Origin: the human T2T-CHM13v2.0 reference genome, Homo sapiens
Reading direction: 5' to 3' (one strand)
Assembly (NCBI RefSeq): GCF_009914755.1
Contig: NC_060944.1
DNA: 64,000 bases
Shown piece after piece: positions 10,230 through 21,444 of this stretch. The notes under the pieces are model-generated. The model was not told where the DNA came from. It saw only the letters and a list, made by a program, of their open reading frames with translations, and made no database searches. A program made the position numbers and the translations under genes. Each line of letters opens with the position of its first letter. The first letter of the stretch is position 1.

Positions 10230-11264
10230 GCTAGATTAAGAGGATACATGAGCAACAGGTGCTGGGCACACAGGGCCGGGGACACAGGGTCACCGAGGGC
10301 GGCACTGCTCCTCCCAGCTCCTTGCTGCATGTTTGGTCAGTGTGCAGGTGGAGGCCCCAGGGCAGCCCTAGTGTTCACAGTGGTGGGACCGCTATGAACA
10401 GCCCCAGCCTGCCCAGCAGGAGAGAAAAACCAGGAGGAGGCAGCTGGGGCAGGACAGAGCCTGGAGCCTCCAGGTTTGGGGTGGGGCTGTCTCATGCCAC
10501 ATCCCCTGCTCCCCCCCGCAGCCTCTTGGCTTTGGGCTGAACTTGCCCCCAGCAGATGCCCATCTCTGGAGCAGGTGCCCACTGGGAACAGGGCCCAGCC
10601 AAGCCAAGGCTACTCCCCAGGGTCAAGGAAGTGGGGTCAGGGATGGGACACAGCCCACTGGAGGACCGCAGTTTCGGATCCCAGGATCCCAGCAACCTCG
10701 GGTTGGGGTGCACGGGAGCCAGCTCTGCCAGGCTGGGCATGCTGCGGAGTGCCTGGGCATCAGAGAGGGTGAGGAGCTCACCACAGTCACACAGCCAGCC
10801 CTGGGCGAGCCCAGAGCAGAATGGGAACACAGGGCTGTCTGCCCCAGGGCTGCGTCTTCCCCTCAGGAATGAGCGGCCCTTGGCTGGACTTGGCTGGACT
10901 TGGCTGGGCTGAGTTTGGGACCCTGAGTTTGGGGGCTCCTGCCTTCAGTGCCCGCGCCTGGTCTCCATGCTTTGCTGTGTGTTTAGCTGCGTGGGGGGTC
11001 CCTGGAGCATCTTGCCTTAGGGGCTCAAGGGGAGAGGGGGCAGCAGAAGGGGGGCCCATGCTGGGGAACGGGCTTTATGTTTCCTGGCGCTCTGCCATCT
11101 GTCTTTTCATCTCCCTGGGAGGGGTGAGAATGTGGACCTGAGTGAGCAGTGGACATTGCCAGCTCAGTGACCGAGAGGATGGGTCTAAGTGTCCGGTGCT
11201 GTGGGAAAGCCTCTCCCCACCAGGTGCAAAGGTGACAGGAGTTGGCCCATCCCAACCTCGGCTG

Positions 11265-11430
11265 AGGATCTGCAGATCCTGGGTCCTGTATCACTGTAAG
11301 ACAAGTCCAAGAGCTCATTAGAAATGCAGATTCCAGGCCCCGTACCCACCCCTACCCCAGTCAGAGCCTCCAGAGCAAGGGCCTGGGAACCTGAATTTTT
11401 ACCGAGTGTGTTTGGTGAGTCTTATGAACA
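11265..11430. mobile_element. MER5A-like DNA transposon relic
   Basis: GAGCTCATTAGAAATGCAGATTCCAGGCCCC...CCTGGGAACCTGAATTTTTA signature. Confidence 0.7.
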
Positions 11431-12221
11431 AGCCACATCAACCTGGTCCTCTTGATGCCTGCTGGCCCCGCACCTGCCCTGCGTACACCTTGCTCAGGTC
11501 CCCTCCCTCTCCTCCCTACCCCTCAGCGGGCCATCTCCTCTGGAAAGCCCCCCGGCCTCTCAGCAGTACGTCTCTCTCCTCTATACTCTAGCAGCCGCCA
11601 TCACACTCGGGACCCTGTTGGCTGCAGTGGGTCACTGTGGAATCTCCCCTCTCCCCGCAGCCTTGGGTGGAGGGTGGGAGGTGTGTGCAGTTTCCCAGAT
11701 GTCAAGGGATGAAGTAACGTAGTGTGTGTGTGTGTGCGTCTCCTTGTTCTGGGAGAAAGTGGTGTTGACCACAAACAAGCAGAAAGAAGGTTAAATTCTG
11801 CGACCCCAAGCAGCCCCTGGTGAGATGCCAGGCACTTCCTTCCAGACTTTTTTTCCATACGTAGCTCAGTTCATCCCCATCCCACCTCCCACCACACACA
11901 CTAAGGCAGCGGCCACAGGGCTGATAAACAGCCCTTTCTGCAGAGCAGTGCCTGGGCCCCCTCCTGTATCATCAGTGGCTCTGTCCACCTTCCTGCCCGA
12001 GGTCCTGGGGTCAATGCAGTGCCAACACGCCATCCATGACCAATGCGAGCAACCTCACTGCTGTCCACAAATGCTCCTGTGCCAAGCCCTGGGCACAACG
12101 TTGTCCAAACTCTGCTGGCTCTGACATGCCTGTGGTTCCATGGCATCACCAAAAACATCCTGACTTCCTTCCTCCTGAGCATGGGATGGAGGCAAAGGCC
12201 TGAGCAGCCTCCCGTGGGTCA

Positions 12222-12293
12222 CCCACCACGCCTGCTGCGCCCACCGCACCTGCTGCGCCCACCGCACCTCCTGCACCCACCACACCTGCCGCC
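12222..12293. repeat. 18-bp tandem repeat x4 (CCCACCGCACCTGCTGCG)
   Basis: Units start at 12222, 12240, 12258 and 12276. Confidence 0.85.
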
Positions 12294-12970
12294 CCTGCCG
12301 TGGCTCCCGTCCCTCTGCAGGGCCCTACTTCCCTCTCCTCAGCAGCTCGCTCAGGCGCTGTCCATCTCCCACCCCAGCACCCTGTCCCTCCTCAGGTCCT
12401 GCTGACCGGGCGGCCTCTGGTCTGCAGCAGGGCACACGGGCCACCAAGCGCTAGGCTGTGGGGTCGCTTGTCGAGGTTGTCTCTCCCAGCCCCTTGCTCC
12501 CGTGTCCGTGGCCTGGGACTTCCTCCAGGTGTATTTGTGGAGGAAGCCAGAGAACGGGGGCAGGGTGTGGACAAGCCTCCGAGGGCCTGAACAGGAGGCG
12601 GGGTCCCAGGCAGAATGGCCAATGCGGCCTCCCAAGTTTCAGGAACAACCCGTGATCTGGAAGCTTTGGAAACTCTTGAAGACAAGGAGCAATGACCTGG
12701 GTTGGACCAAGGATTCCAGATCCCTGCTCTGCTGCCTCCAGTGGGAACACCCACACGCCCTCCCCAGGACCCCTGGGCCGACCACCTGGGTTTGTGTGTT
12801 TCAGTCCTGGATCTTGAGCCCTTAGAAGAGACCCTGCTCCCACCCCGGCCACTCCGTCTCCTGCTTCCTCACTTTGTGTCCACTTGTCCCAGCGTGCTGG
12901 GGGCGAGGCTGGTGCTCTAGGACAGAATTCTGGTCCTGGCTCCTGCCCTGGGTTTTTTTTTTTCCTGTAG

Positions 12971-13204
12971 GTCAGCCCTGAAATGTCCATTACTCACAAA
13001 GAAAAGGAAAATGCTCATTTGAAAGAAATTCTTCTCTTTGTCAATGCTGAGGCATTCTCTCAGCCCCAGCCCCACAGTGCTCCAGTGTGTGAAGGGCAAC
13101 AGCTGACGGGGAAGTTCAGCACATCTGTGCTGACCAGGGCTGGAGGCGATGCCAGTCCGTGCAGCTGGGAACGCCTCCTCTGCTATGGCTGGAGCCACTG
13201 CTGA
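12971..13204 (+). CDS. MIR1-1HG: Terminal coding segment of the putative C20orf166 ORF: VSPEMSITHKEKENAH...CYGWSHC*; coding status doubtful
   Basis: Strong polypyrimidine acceptor before 12971. ORF 12983-13204 in the track is its in-frame part; TGA ends at 13204. Confidence 0.45.
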   Translation, partial: VSPEMSITHKEKENAHLKEILLFVNAEAFSQPQPHSAPVCEGQQLTGKFSTSVLTRAGGDASPCSWERLLCYGWSHC

Positions 13205-13266
13205 AGGGACTCCACCTGGCACCTATGCCACCAATGGCCCCTGAACGGGTATCTAGGCCCACCCTT

Positions 13267-13335
13267 AATAAAGATGAGCTGCTCATTCCCAGTTTCAGAC
13301 CTTGTTTATCCTCCCCAGCTCCCCAGTGTGTTCTG
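13267..13335 (+). terminator. Polyadenylation signal of MIR1-1HG (AATAAA 13267-13272, cleavage near 13290, downstream U/GU-rich elements)
   Basis: AATAAA about 60 nt after the stop codon, followed by TTGTTTAT (~13302) and GTGTGTTCT (~13326). Confidence 0.8.
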
Positions 13336-13473
13336 GGGGAGATCCCTCCACTGTCAGACAAAAACTTCAGAATGACAGCGGTCATGCCACCGAGCACCAG
13401 CAGCATTGGCATGTGCTTCTCCTCGTCAGTGCGCCTCTGGCTCAGTCCAATGCCAAGCACTTACAGCTGGGGA

Positions 13474-13945
13474 AACACACACAAGCACATACACACCCCA
13501 TACACTGGCACAGGCTCACATGTGCACACACCCACACATGTGCAAACACACACACGTGCAAACACACACACAGAGGCACATGCACATTCTCACACAGGCA
13601 CACACAATGCACACATGCACGATGCACACACAGGCACACACGTGCACACCCAGACACATGCTTACACATGCACTTACCTGCACATTCCCACACACGGACA
13701 TGCAGGCACACCCCTCCACACACACATAAACGCACATGTATGCACAGCTTCTCACAGATACACAAAGCAATGCAGGTACTCATGTATGTATACATGAGTA
13801 CACATGCATGCACACAGGCACACACATGTGCACAAACATATATATGCACACACCCACACATGCACAACACACACACATAGGCACACATGTGCACACACTC
13901 ACATGCACACACGCTCCCATCCCCCCACCACACAATCACACAGAC
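13474..13945. repeat. Degenerate CA-rich alternating purine/pyrimidine repeat
   Basis: About 470 bp of CACACATG-like units; source of the His/Thr and Cys/Val ORFs. Confidence 0.95.
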
Positions 13946-14328
13946 GCCTAATGCCTCGCAGCAGGTGAGACCACCCGTCAGTAGGATTAGGGGCCAACAG
14001 AGGGTTCCGGCAGCAGACGCAGGCAGTTTGGAGAAGGGGCTGGGTGTGAGCTAAGGCAGACAGGGGAGGCTGAGTGAGGGAGGAGGTTGGGTCCCTGAGG
14101 TGGGGGAGGGGGATGGGTGGGAGGTGGCTGAGGGAGCTTCCCTGAGAAGCTCAGAATGAGGCAGTCACATGGGGGGTTGTTTGGGCTTTCCCAGGTGAAC
14201 CCTGTGCTTCCCCCTTCCCTTCCCTCTCCCTCTGTGTTCCCCTCCCCAAAGCTATGGCCCCTCACCACCCCTCTGCCCTGGCACCTCAATGAGACCCTGT
14301 GGAAGTTCCTGTAGACAGGAAGTGGGAT

Positions 14329-14549
14329 GGGACCTGTGGGGAGGTGGGGCCTGTGGGGAGGTGGGGCCTGTGAGAAGGCGGGGCCTGTGGGAAGGCGGGG
14401 TCTGTGGGAAGGCGGGGTCTGTGGGAAGGTGGGGTCTGTGGGGAGGCGGGGCCTGTGAGAAGGTGGGGCCTGTGGGAAAGTGGGGCCTGTGGGAAGGCGG
14501 GGTCTGTGGGGAGGCAGGGCCTGTGGGAAAGTGGGGCCTGTGGGGAGGC
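14329..14549. repeat. G-rich 17-bp minisatellite x13 (GGGGYCTGTGRGRARGY)
   Basis: 13 consecutive 17-bp units read directly. Confidence 0.97.
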
Positions 14550-14574
14550 AGGGAGCCACGACAGCCTGCCAGCT

Positions 14575-16100
14575 TTGCCTAACTTTTTATAACAGCTTGA
14601 TTTTAAAAATGTTTCAAGTCTGTTTCAGTCTGTAGGTCCCTCCTGTTGCTCTCTCTTTTTTTTTTTATAATGTGTCTGCTGAAGGACCAGGTCGTTTGGC
14701 CTGGGGTGTGTCATGCATCAGGATTGCTGGTGGCGCCCTCTTGGTGCAGTTCTGCCTGTTCCTCTGTCCTCTGAGCTTCCTGTGTGCTGGTGGCTGGACC
14801 CGGAGACTCCTCCCACTCAGGCTGCATCCCTGCAGCAGGAACCCAGGTTCTGTTTTGTCCCCCCATCAGGAGGACACAGGTCAGGGCTGTGCACTCCTGG
14901 AATGGTGGCCAGGCTTGCTCTGTGCCTCAAGCCACTAATCCATCAAGGTTGCAAGACGGTGATGTCCTGAGTCTGGAAGTTCTTTTTCACTTATTTGTCG
15001 GGATACCTTTATGGAAACTCTTCTCCTCCACGCAGTCTCATCCCCAGTGCCACTGTCCAGAGGAAGCAGGATAAAGGCACAAATCTTCTCCTGCAGCCGC
15101 CGCTTTTCAGGAAAATGCACCAGGTCCCCGAAGCCCTCCTGAGGATTGGCTTGCTCGATACCACTGTGCGCGCAGGCCCCTTTCCAGCAGGAACTGTGGA
15201 CGGCATCGAAGGGAAGAGAAGGTTCCTGCTGCACCAGAAGCCCCTTATGGAGCAGTGAAGGATTTCACAGAACTAAAGATCAGGTGCCTGAGACAGGAGT
15301 TTTTAAAAAGATGCTTTGAAAGCCAAGGGGGAAGCTGAGTTATGAGAAAGCTTTGCACCACCGCAAGGAATACAGAGCCCAGAGCTGGGATCCGAGTCAC
15401 TGTGGCACTGGGACAGAGGCACTTCGTCGTACGCACCTGGGAGCCCAGACTGGCCTGGCCATTGGCAGCAGGGGGTCCCCGGTGTGGGCTTGCAGCTTGT
15501 TCACCTTTACTGTGTCTTCAGGGGCACATCTGTCCATCTCAGCAAGGCTTCAGTGAACGTGCCTTCAGGACGTGGAAGCAGACACCGCACTGTGTCGGGG
15601 GCCTGAACACGAAGTCGGTAGAGGAGCAGGTCTCCAGGCACGGCTCCGGCAACACCAACAGGAAGCGGGCCACCTTGGAGAGCGCTCTTCCACTGCTGGA
15701 GTTCCTGGTCAATACGGCATCGTCTGCGTGGAGGGTCTGATGCATGAGATCTACGCTGCTGGAAAACACTTCAAAGAAGCAGACTACCTCCTGTGGGCTG
15801 AAGTTCTCTTCTCCACCAGGTGAAATGAAGAAAAAGCCCACTCGTTTTGTAGAAGGTAGGGGTGCTGGCAGCCAGGAAGACCAGACCAGCAGGCTTTCTA
15901 GCAGAATGAACTCAGGTCTACATCATTATTTTTGTAATCTGGTAAGTTAATAAATGGTGACTGCCTTTGAATTTAAAAGAAATATGTATCATTATGGATT
16001 CATGAACCGAAACGTGTTTGGTAGGTCTCAGTCCACTGCAATTATTATCATCTTTGCAGCTCAGATCGTCCTGTCTCTGGCCAGGTGTGTCTCATCGGGT
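14575..16100 (-). mobile_element. Patchy, highly diverged old L1 (L1ME-like) fragments
   Basis: T-rich stretches at 14575-15110 and 15830-16100 resemble antisense L1ME 3' ends; alignment by eye only. Confidence 0.35.
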
Positions 16101-16136
16101 GGACCCCACGTCCTGCGTGCTCTCTCAGGGTCAGCT

Positions 16137-16515
16137 TGGTTGTCATATAATTTACATACAAAAAAAATGCACAGATTTTAAGTGTGAAGTTTGTAGAGTT
16201 TTAACAAATGTTGAGTTTTACACTCATGCAACCACCATCACAACCAAGATCTGGAAGATTCCATCAGTTCAAAAACTTCCCTCATATACCTTGGCAGTCA
16301 TCCCCTTCCTCTGTCCCAGCAATCATGGACTAGCCAGCATGGATCAGATCTGTTTCAGCTGGAACTTTCTAAATGGAATCATGCAGTGTGTGGGCTGTGT
16401 GCCTGGCCTCTTTCAACATCATTTTAAGACTCTTCTGCACTGTTGTGTGTTTCCATAGGTTTTGTTCCTTTTCTTTGCTGAGAAGGGCTCCATTCTATGA
16501 CGACACCATTGGCCT
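16137..16515 (-). mobile_element. Old L1M 3' end fragment
   Basis: ATAATTTACATACAAAAAAATGCACAGATTTTAAGTG...AAATGGAATCATGCAGTGTG is typical of antisense L1MC/MD/ME 3' ends. Confidence 0.75.
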
Positions 16516-16840
16516 GCTGATGGGCATTCGAGAGTCTCAGCCTCCACAGGGTGCAGAGGGCAGAGGCAGGGCTGCAGGAGCCACATGGGGCTGGTTGCTG
16601 TCACTCCTGCCATGCTGGGTTGGCTGGGGATAGAAACTCAACTCAGAAGATGAATCAACTTGCTTATGTGGCCAAGAGGTCTGAAAATAGGGCTGGATCC
16701 AGAACCCAAACCATGTCATCAGAAATCTTTCTCCATAGCTCAGCTCCACTTTCCTTGGGGCTAGCTTCACTCCTGGCAGGCTGTCTGCAGGCGGAGCAAA
16801 ATGGACACTGAGATTTCAGGCTTATATATCTAATCGGTGG

Positions 16841-17045
16841 GACAGAGAGGGAGGAGAGAGGGAGAGAGAGAGAGAGAGGTGGAGGGGGAGAGAAAGATGC
16901 AGAGAGAGACAGAGAGAAAGAGAGAGTGAGAGACGCACAGACAGAAAGAGACAGAGTGAGAGAAAGAGACAGAGAGGAGGGAAAGAGACAAAGAGAAAGA
17001 GAGAGACAGAGGGAAAAAGACACCAAAAGAGCAAGCACGAGAGAG
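16841..17045. repeat. GA-rich low-complexity repeat
   Basis: (GA)n and GACAGA units. Confidence 0.9.
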
Positions 17046-20000
17046 ATTCATTTCAAGAAACCCAGCAAAGGTCCCAAGATGGGCACTCGCTGGCCAGGCT
17101 TGGGTCACTTGACCACTTGGGGTGGGAGAAAGCCATCCCCTAGAACTACCCAGGCTCCCCGGATTGAAACCAGGGACCTGATAATGAAAGGAGGAGGGAC
17201 GCTGGGCAGGCAGAGTGAGGCCACCCTGCACCGTTGCCTCCACAGTGTGCTGATGCCAGGCCCCGCGTGAGCGTCTGTCACCCACCGTGCACTGCCCTCC
17301 CACCTGGTGGGCCGACTCCCGCAGCCCCGCCGTCTCGATACAGTGGTGGGTGGGTGGTGAGCTGCTTTCCTGTGCTCTGACCTTACTTTATTTCTAAGAG
17401 TGAAAACAGAAAGACGTGAGTGCCAACGCCAGCGACAGAAAGCAGGCTCTGTGAACAGCGCAGAGGCAAGGCTGGCACTGCCCAAGCTGCCCGGGGGACA
17501 GGCACGTGAGGCAGGTATGGCGCTGTGGACTGCAGACTGGGACGTTTGGGGCCACTTTCCTATAGAGGGTGTATCTTTATAGCAGCTGTAATACACGTTT
17601 CCTCATTGGAGGAGAAGACACGCTGGGTGACCATCTGTGTGTCAATGTACACAGTCAATTTTGTACATTTTCCAGGATTGCATTGTGGACACAGTGAAAG
17701 AGACCCCTGGGAGAAATGCTGCGTTCAGTGGAGACTGAACCCAGGTGGGGGGCTGGGGGGTGCCTCCTGTGACTCGGGGCAGGTGCCTGACTACCTGGGG
17801 TGCTTTCCAAGGAAGGTGGGCAGGGGCATGAGGAGGGCCCCTCCAGGGCCTCCGTACCTAAGTGAAGCTTCGTCAATAAGCTTCTCGGGAGATGGCCAGG
17901 GGCAATGAGGGAGACAAAGGGAGCTCCAACTCAAAACCTGAGAGAAAAGCAAATGGCGAATGTGATTTCATAAAAATGTTTCACTGACAAATCACAAGGC
18001 TTTTCCTGCTATGGGAACCCCATTCCTCAGCTCTCCCCACCGGAAAAGAACCTGGTGGGGCAGGGTGGGGAGACCCAGTCCCACACAGGAATTCCTGGGT
18101 GGAGCGTTTCCATATTTTTCACACCAGCAGGTGGACGCAGCAGTGAGTAAATCATCTGCATCTTTTGGACGTGAGGCTGCACGTGGCACTCTGTGGATAA
18201 TGCATGCACATCTGCTCATCGCTTCTTTTTTGCAAAGTGCGCCTGTCACCCATAAATCCATCACATCCACGGCCAAAGGCTCCTTCAGAACGAGCCAAAT
18301 TGCAGTTTCAGGTGTTGGGTCTTCTCTCACAGTCTCTCTTGCACGCACACTGGCTTGTGCACGCAGGGACCTCCTGACCGGGCCCGGGGTGGTTGTGGAT
18401 GTGTAGGGTCTTTCAGGAGAGCAAAGCTGACTTGAGGACAGACAGCAAAGCAGTAGCAGCAAAGCCCCGCAGCCCCTCGGAGAGTTCTTTTCATTCCCGG
18501 AACCAAGAGTGGGAGGAAATGGCCCCTAGGAAGTGTCTTATTTTCTCATTTGTTAGACGCCGCTGTCAGCCTGGGAGAGCAGGCACTCTCTGTTGTGAAT
18601 CAGCCCAGTTGGATGAGCTCATGCTGTGGGGGCTGCAGCCCGCCGCCCCTGCACCCACTCCATTAGCTGCAGGGAGATGAGCTCCGCGAGGGGCGGGCCA
18701 GGGCGCCACATCAGATCACTCCCCTTCACGGAACCCAGTCTAAGTGTGGGATGGCCCTGTCATGGCTCACACCAAATAAAACTGAGTCCAGGACAGTGCT
18801 GTGAGCCCTCACCACACCCTTAGCTGGAGGCCACAGGTGGCGGGGCTCAGGTCCGAAGCCCTTCAGCAAAGTCCTGGTGTGGGGCCTTGGAGAAGCCACC
18901 AATGTCTCAAGCCTGCTCTCACCTCCTCATGGGAGGGTCAGGTGGGGCCATGCAGTTGAAAGACATCAACATTCGCCACCCGCACAAGCGGCCTGGGCAG
19001 AGGCTGGCTGCAGGCCCCTAGTCCCCACCTCTGCTCCTTCTCCCAGCCTGGCCTGGGTAGTTGTGGGGCGGGGAGTCTGAGGCAGGGGGTGCCGGAGGAG
19101 GCCGTGCCCTTGAGATGCTGGGAGAGTGCTGATCTCCCGCTCCTGGATGTGTGGCCGAGGCCTCCTGAGTGTGCCTGGGTCCCGCCTGCCTGGGGCCACC
19201 GTCAGCCTCCCTGATGCTTCGAACACCATAGCTGCCTCTCCTTCCTCGCCGTTCCCTAGAGGAAAGTCCTTCTCACCCTGTGCAAGGAGCTCTTGGTTTG
19301 GGAAGAGACTGGACAGGACCCCCAATGACAGCTCAGTCTGGGAAGGCAGCCGATCTTTCTCAGGCCTGGGTACAGGTTTATGTGGGATCCTGGGCACAAC
19401 ATTTACCTTCTGCACCCATGGGAAACCTGCCCAGGAAGCATGGCCCACACCAGGCAGAGTGCACACACCATTTTTATTAAGCAGAGTGGCGAGAGCGCAG
19501 TGGCTGTGAGGTCCTTCCAGGACCCCGCTTGTGGACAGCTCCCAGCAGCTGCAGCTCACTCCCAGCCCCAGCTGACTCCCAGACCCTCAGTGAGCCCTGG
19601 GCTGGATCAAAGTACAGGGACGATCCTGTGGGTGCACCCCAGCATGGCAAGCTTCCAGGAGACCCTAGACCCTGGCTGGGGGTCAGGAAGGCTCTCGCCT
19701 CCGTGCTTCTGAGTCCATAGGAATTGAGTCTCTGGCCACACGAGGACAGAATCAGCTACATCTGAAGAACCTGGAGCTAGAAGATGAGGGCAATTAAGTC
19801 ATGCGTCTCGGCAAGTTCATTAAAATGTTGACTTGCTAATGGTCCCGGGTGCAATTTGGAATGAGGGTGTTAACATAGAGACTTGGTCTATTCGGGAACT
19901 CCCTGGTCTGAAAATGGAGCTGCCAAGCTTCTAATATGCCCTCCACAGACTAGAGCTCCGACAGATGAATTATTAATGCCGCATCATATTAATTGTATTG

Positions 20001-20439
20001 ATATGTTAATAATTAACAACAATATGCTAATGATTGCCCTGTGGCTACGTCACTGCTGCTCACACACGTCCTCCCGGGAGGTGGCATTGTCCTGCCTTCG
20101 GGGAGCAAGGGACAGCAACTCGCCCAAGGGCAGCTGGAGGGCAGCAGGGCTGGGGCTGGTGCCCGGTCCCTGGGGACTGGGGTGACGTGCAACTCGCCAA
20201 AGAAGGTGCCTCCGCCCTGCAGGCCCTGAGCACCCGGTGGCACCTGATGCAGGCCCCGCCCCCACCTGCTGTGTGTGGAGGAGGGAGTCCGAGGGCTGGG
20301 CCCAGCCAGGCGTCTACCTGAGCAGAGAAGCGGCTATAGGCCTTGTGCAGAGGTGTCCCCGCGGTGACAGAGCACAGGACAGCTCTGGGCCGCTAGCAGT
20401 GGCAGCCCAGGAAAGGGGCCGCGGCTCAGGCTGGTCCTC

Positions 20440-20604
20440 TTCTCCTGGTGACAGGCCCCGAGCTGTTCTGTGCTCTGGGCTCTGCCTTGGTTTTGTCATC
20501 TGCAGAATGGATGCGGCAGCCCCGTCACCTTGCAGGGGAGCTGGGACGGGCAGGCACACAGCACTTGGCAAAAGCAGGCACCCAGAGTAGCTGTTATTAT
20601 TATT
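20440..20604 (+). mobile_element. MIR relic
   Basis: CCTTGGTTTTGTCATCTGCAGAATGG core and terminal GCTGTTATTATTATT. Confidence 0.6.
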
Positions 20605-21189
20605 GCCCCCTAACGGTTTTGCTTAATTTCTTTCCTTGGAAAGTGCTGGAATAAATTCTAGACACTGCTGCGTTCCCAAGCATCGCTCCCGGCCCCAACT
20701 CCACAGCCTGAGGGCTGCATTGAGCCAGGTGGATTCAGCACCCCTAGGAAGCCTGGCACTGCACCCACTGGCTGCAGTCGTCCACGGGGGGTGTCAGCGG
20801 GTCTCCAGCTGCAGACTGCACAGTGGAGCTTGGGAGAATTAATTTTTTCTGAGAAACCCGGAAGAATCTCCACCCAACCTGCCCTGAAAAGTCTCTCTAG
20901 CACCTCCTCTGGTGTCTGGTGCCCATTAGCACCCAGGGCCTCCCCGGGGGACAGGAGAGCGGGGCAGGTCCACGAGGCGGGTTCAGGCAGCTCAGGCAAG
21001 ACCGCCACTCCACAGCCTGACCTGCAGCCCCGCCTCCTGCTGGGGCGGGCCATGAGCTTGCTGCACAAGTGAAGGTCTGCAGGGGGTGTCTTTCGGAGCG
21101 CACCGTGACAGCCCAGCAGAAGAGGTCCCAGGGGAGTGGCAGGCGTCACGGCCGTGTGGCCCAGAGCCCCCCACATGTGTGAGACTCCA

Positions 21190-21340
21190 CCTCCACGGGG
21201 ACCCTTCCATGCAGGTCACTGTTATTAGCCCATTGTACAGAGTAGGATATTGAGGCTACGGCAACTTTCGTGACTTCTGAGGTCACGTAGCCATGAAATG
21301 GCTAAGCTGGGCTTCAAACTCAGGCAGAAGATTCCAGAAC
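21190..21340 (-). mobile_element. MIR relic
   Basis: TTATTAGCCCATTGTACAGAG...TGAGGCT...GGTCACGTAGC...GCTGGGCTTCAAACTCAGG. Confidence 0.75.
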
Positions 21341-21444
21341 CAGCACACAGCCACCAGGCAGCCAGCCTCCACCTGACAGCCGGAGACGCTGGACACGGGC
21401 CTCTAAGTGCCCTCACCAGCCCAGACCTCTGACCCCCCAGCTCT

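Larger units (their letters stand above)
1..13290 (+). ncRNA. MIR1-1HG: 3' part of the miR-1-1/miR-133a-2 host transcript (intron, exon 7514-7625, intron, terminal exon 12971-~13290); 5' exons and miR-1-1 lie upstream of the window
   Basis: Acceptor ccccttcaaccag|7514, donor CAA|GTAAGT after 7625, acceptor T-run-cctgtag|12971, and AATAAA at 13267. The spliced frame reproduces the C20orf166 peptide as I recall it. Confidence 0.9.

Noticed and set aside
12704-12710. miR-133a seed match GGACCAA as autoregulation
   Set aside because: Intronic 7-mer, expected by chance several times in 64 kb.
13159-13951. His/Thr- and Cys/Val-rich ORFs (also at 27.9, 32.5, 34.3, 35.5 and 58.4 kb)
   Set aside because: Translations of CA/TG repeats, not metallothionein- or keratin-associated genes.
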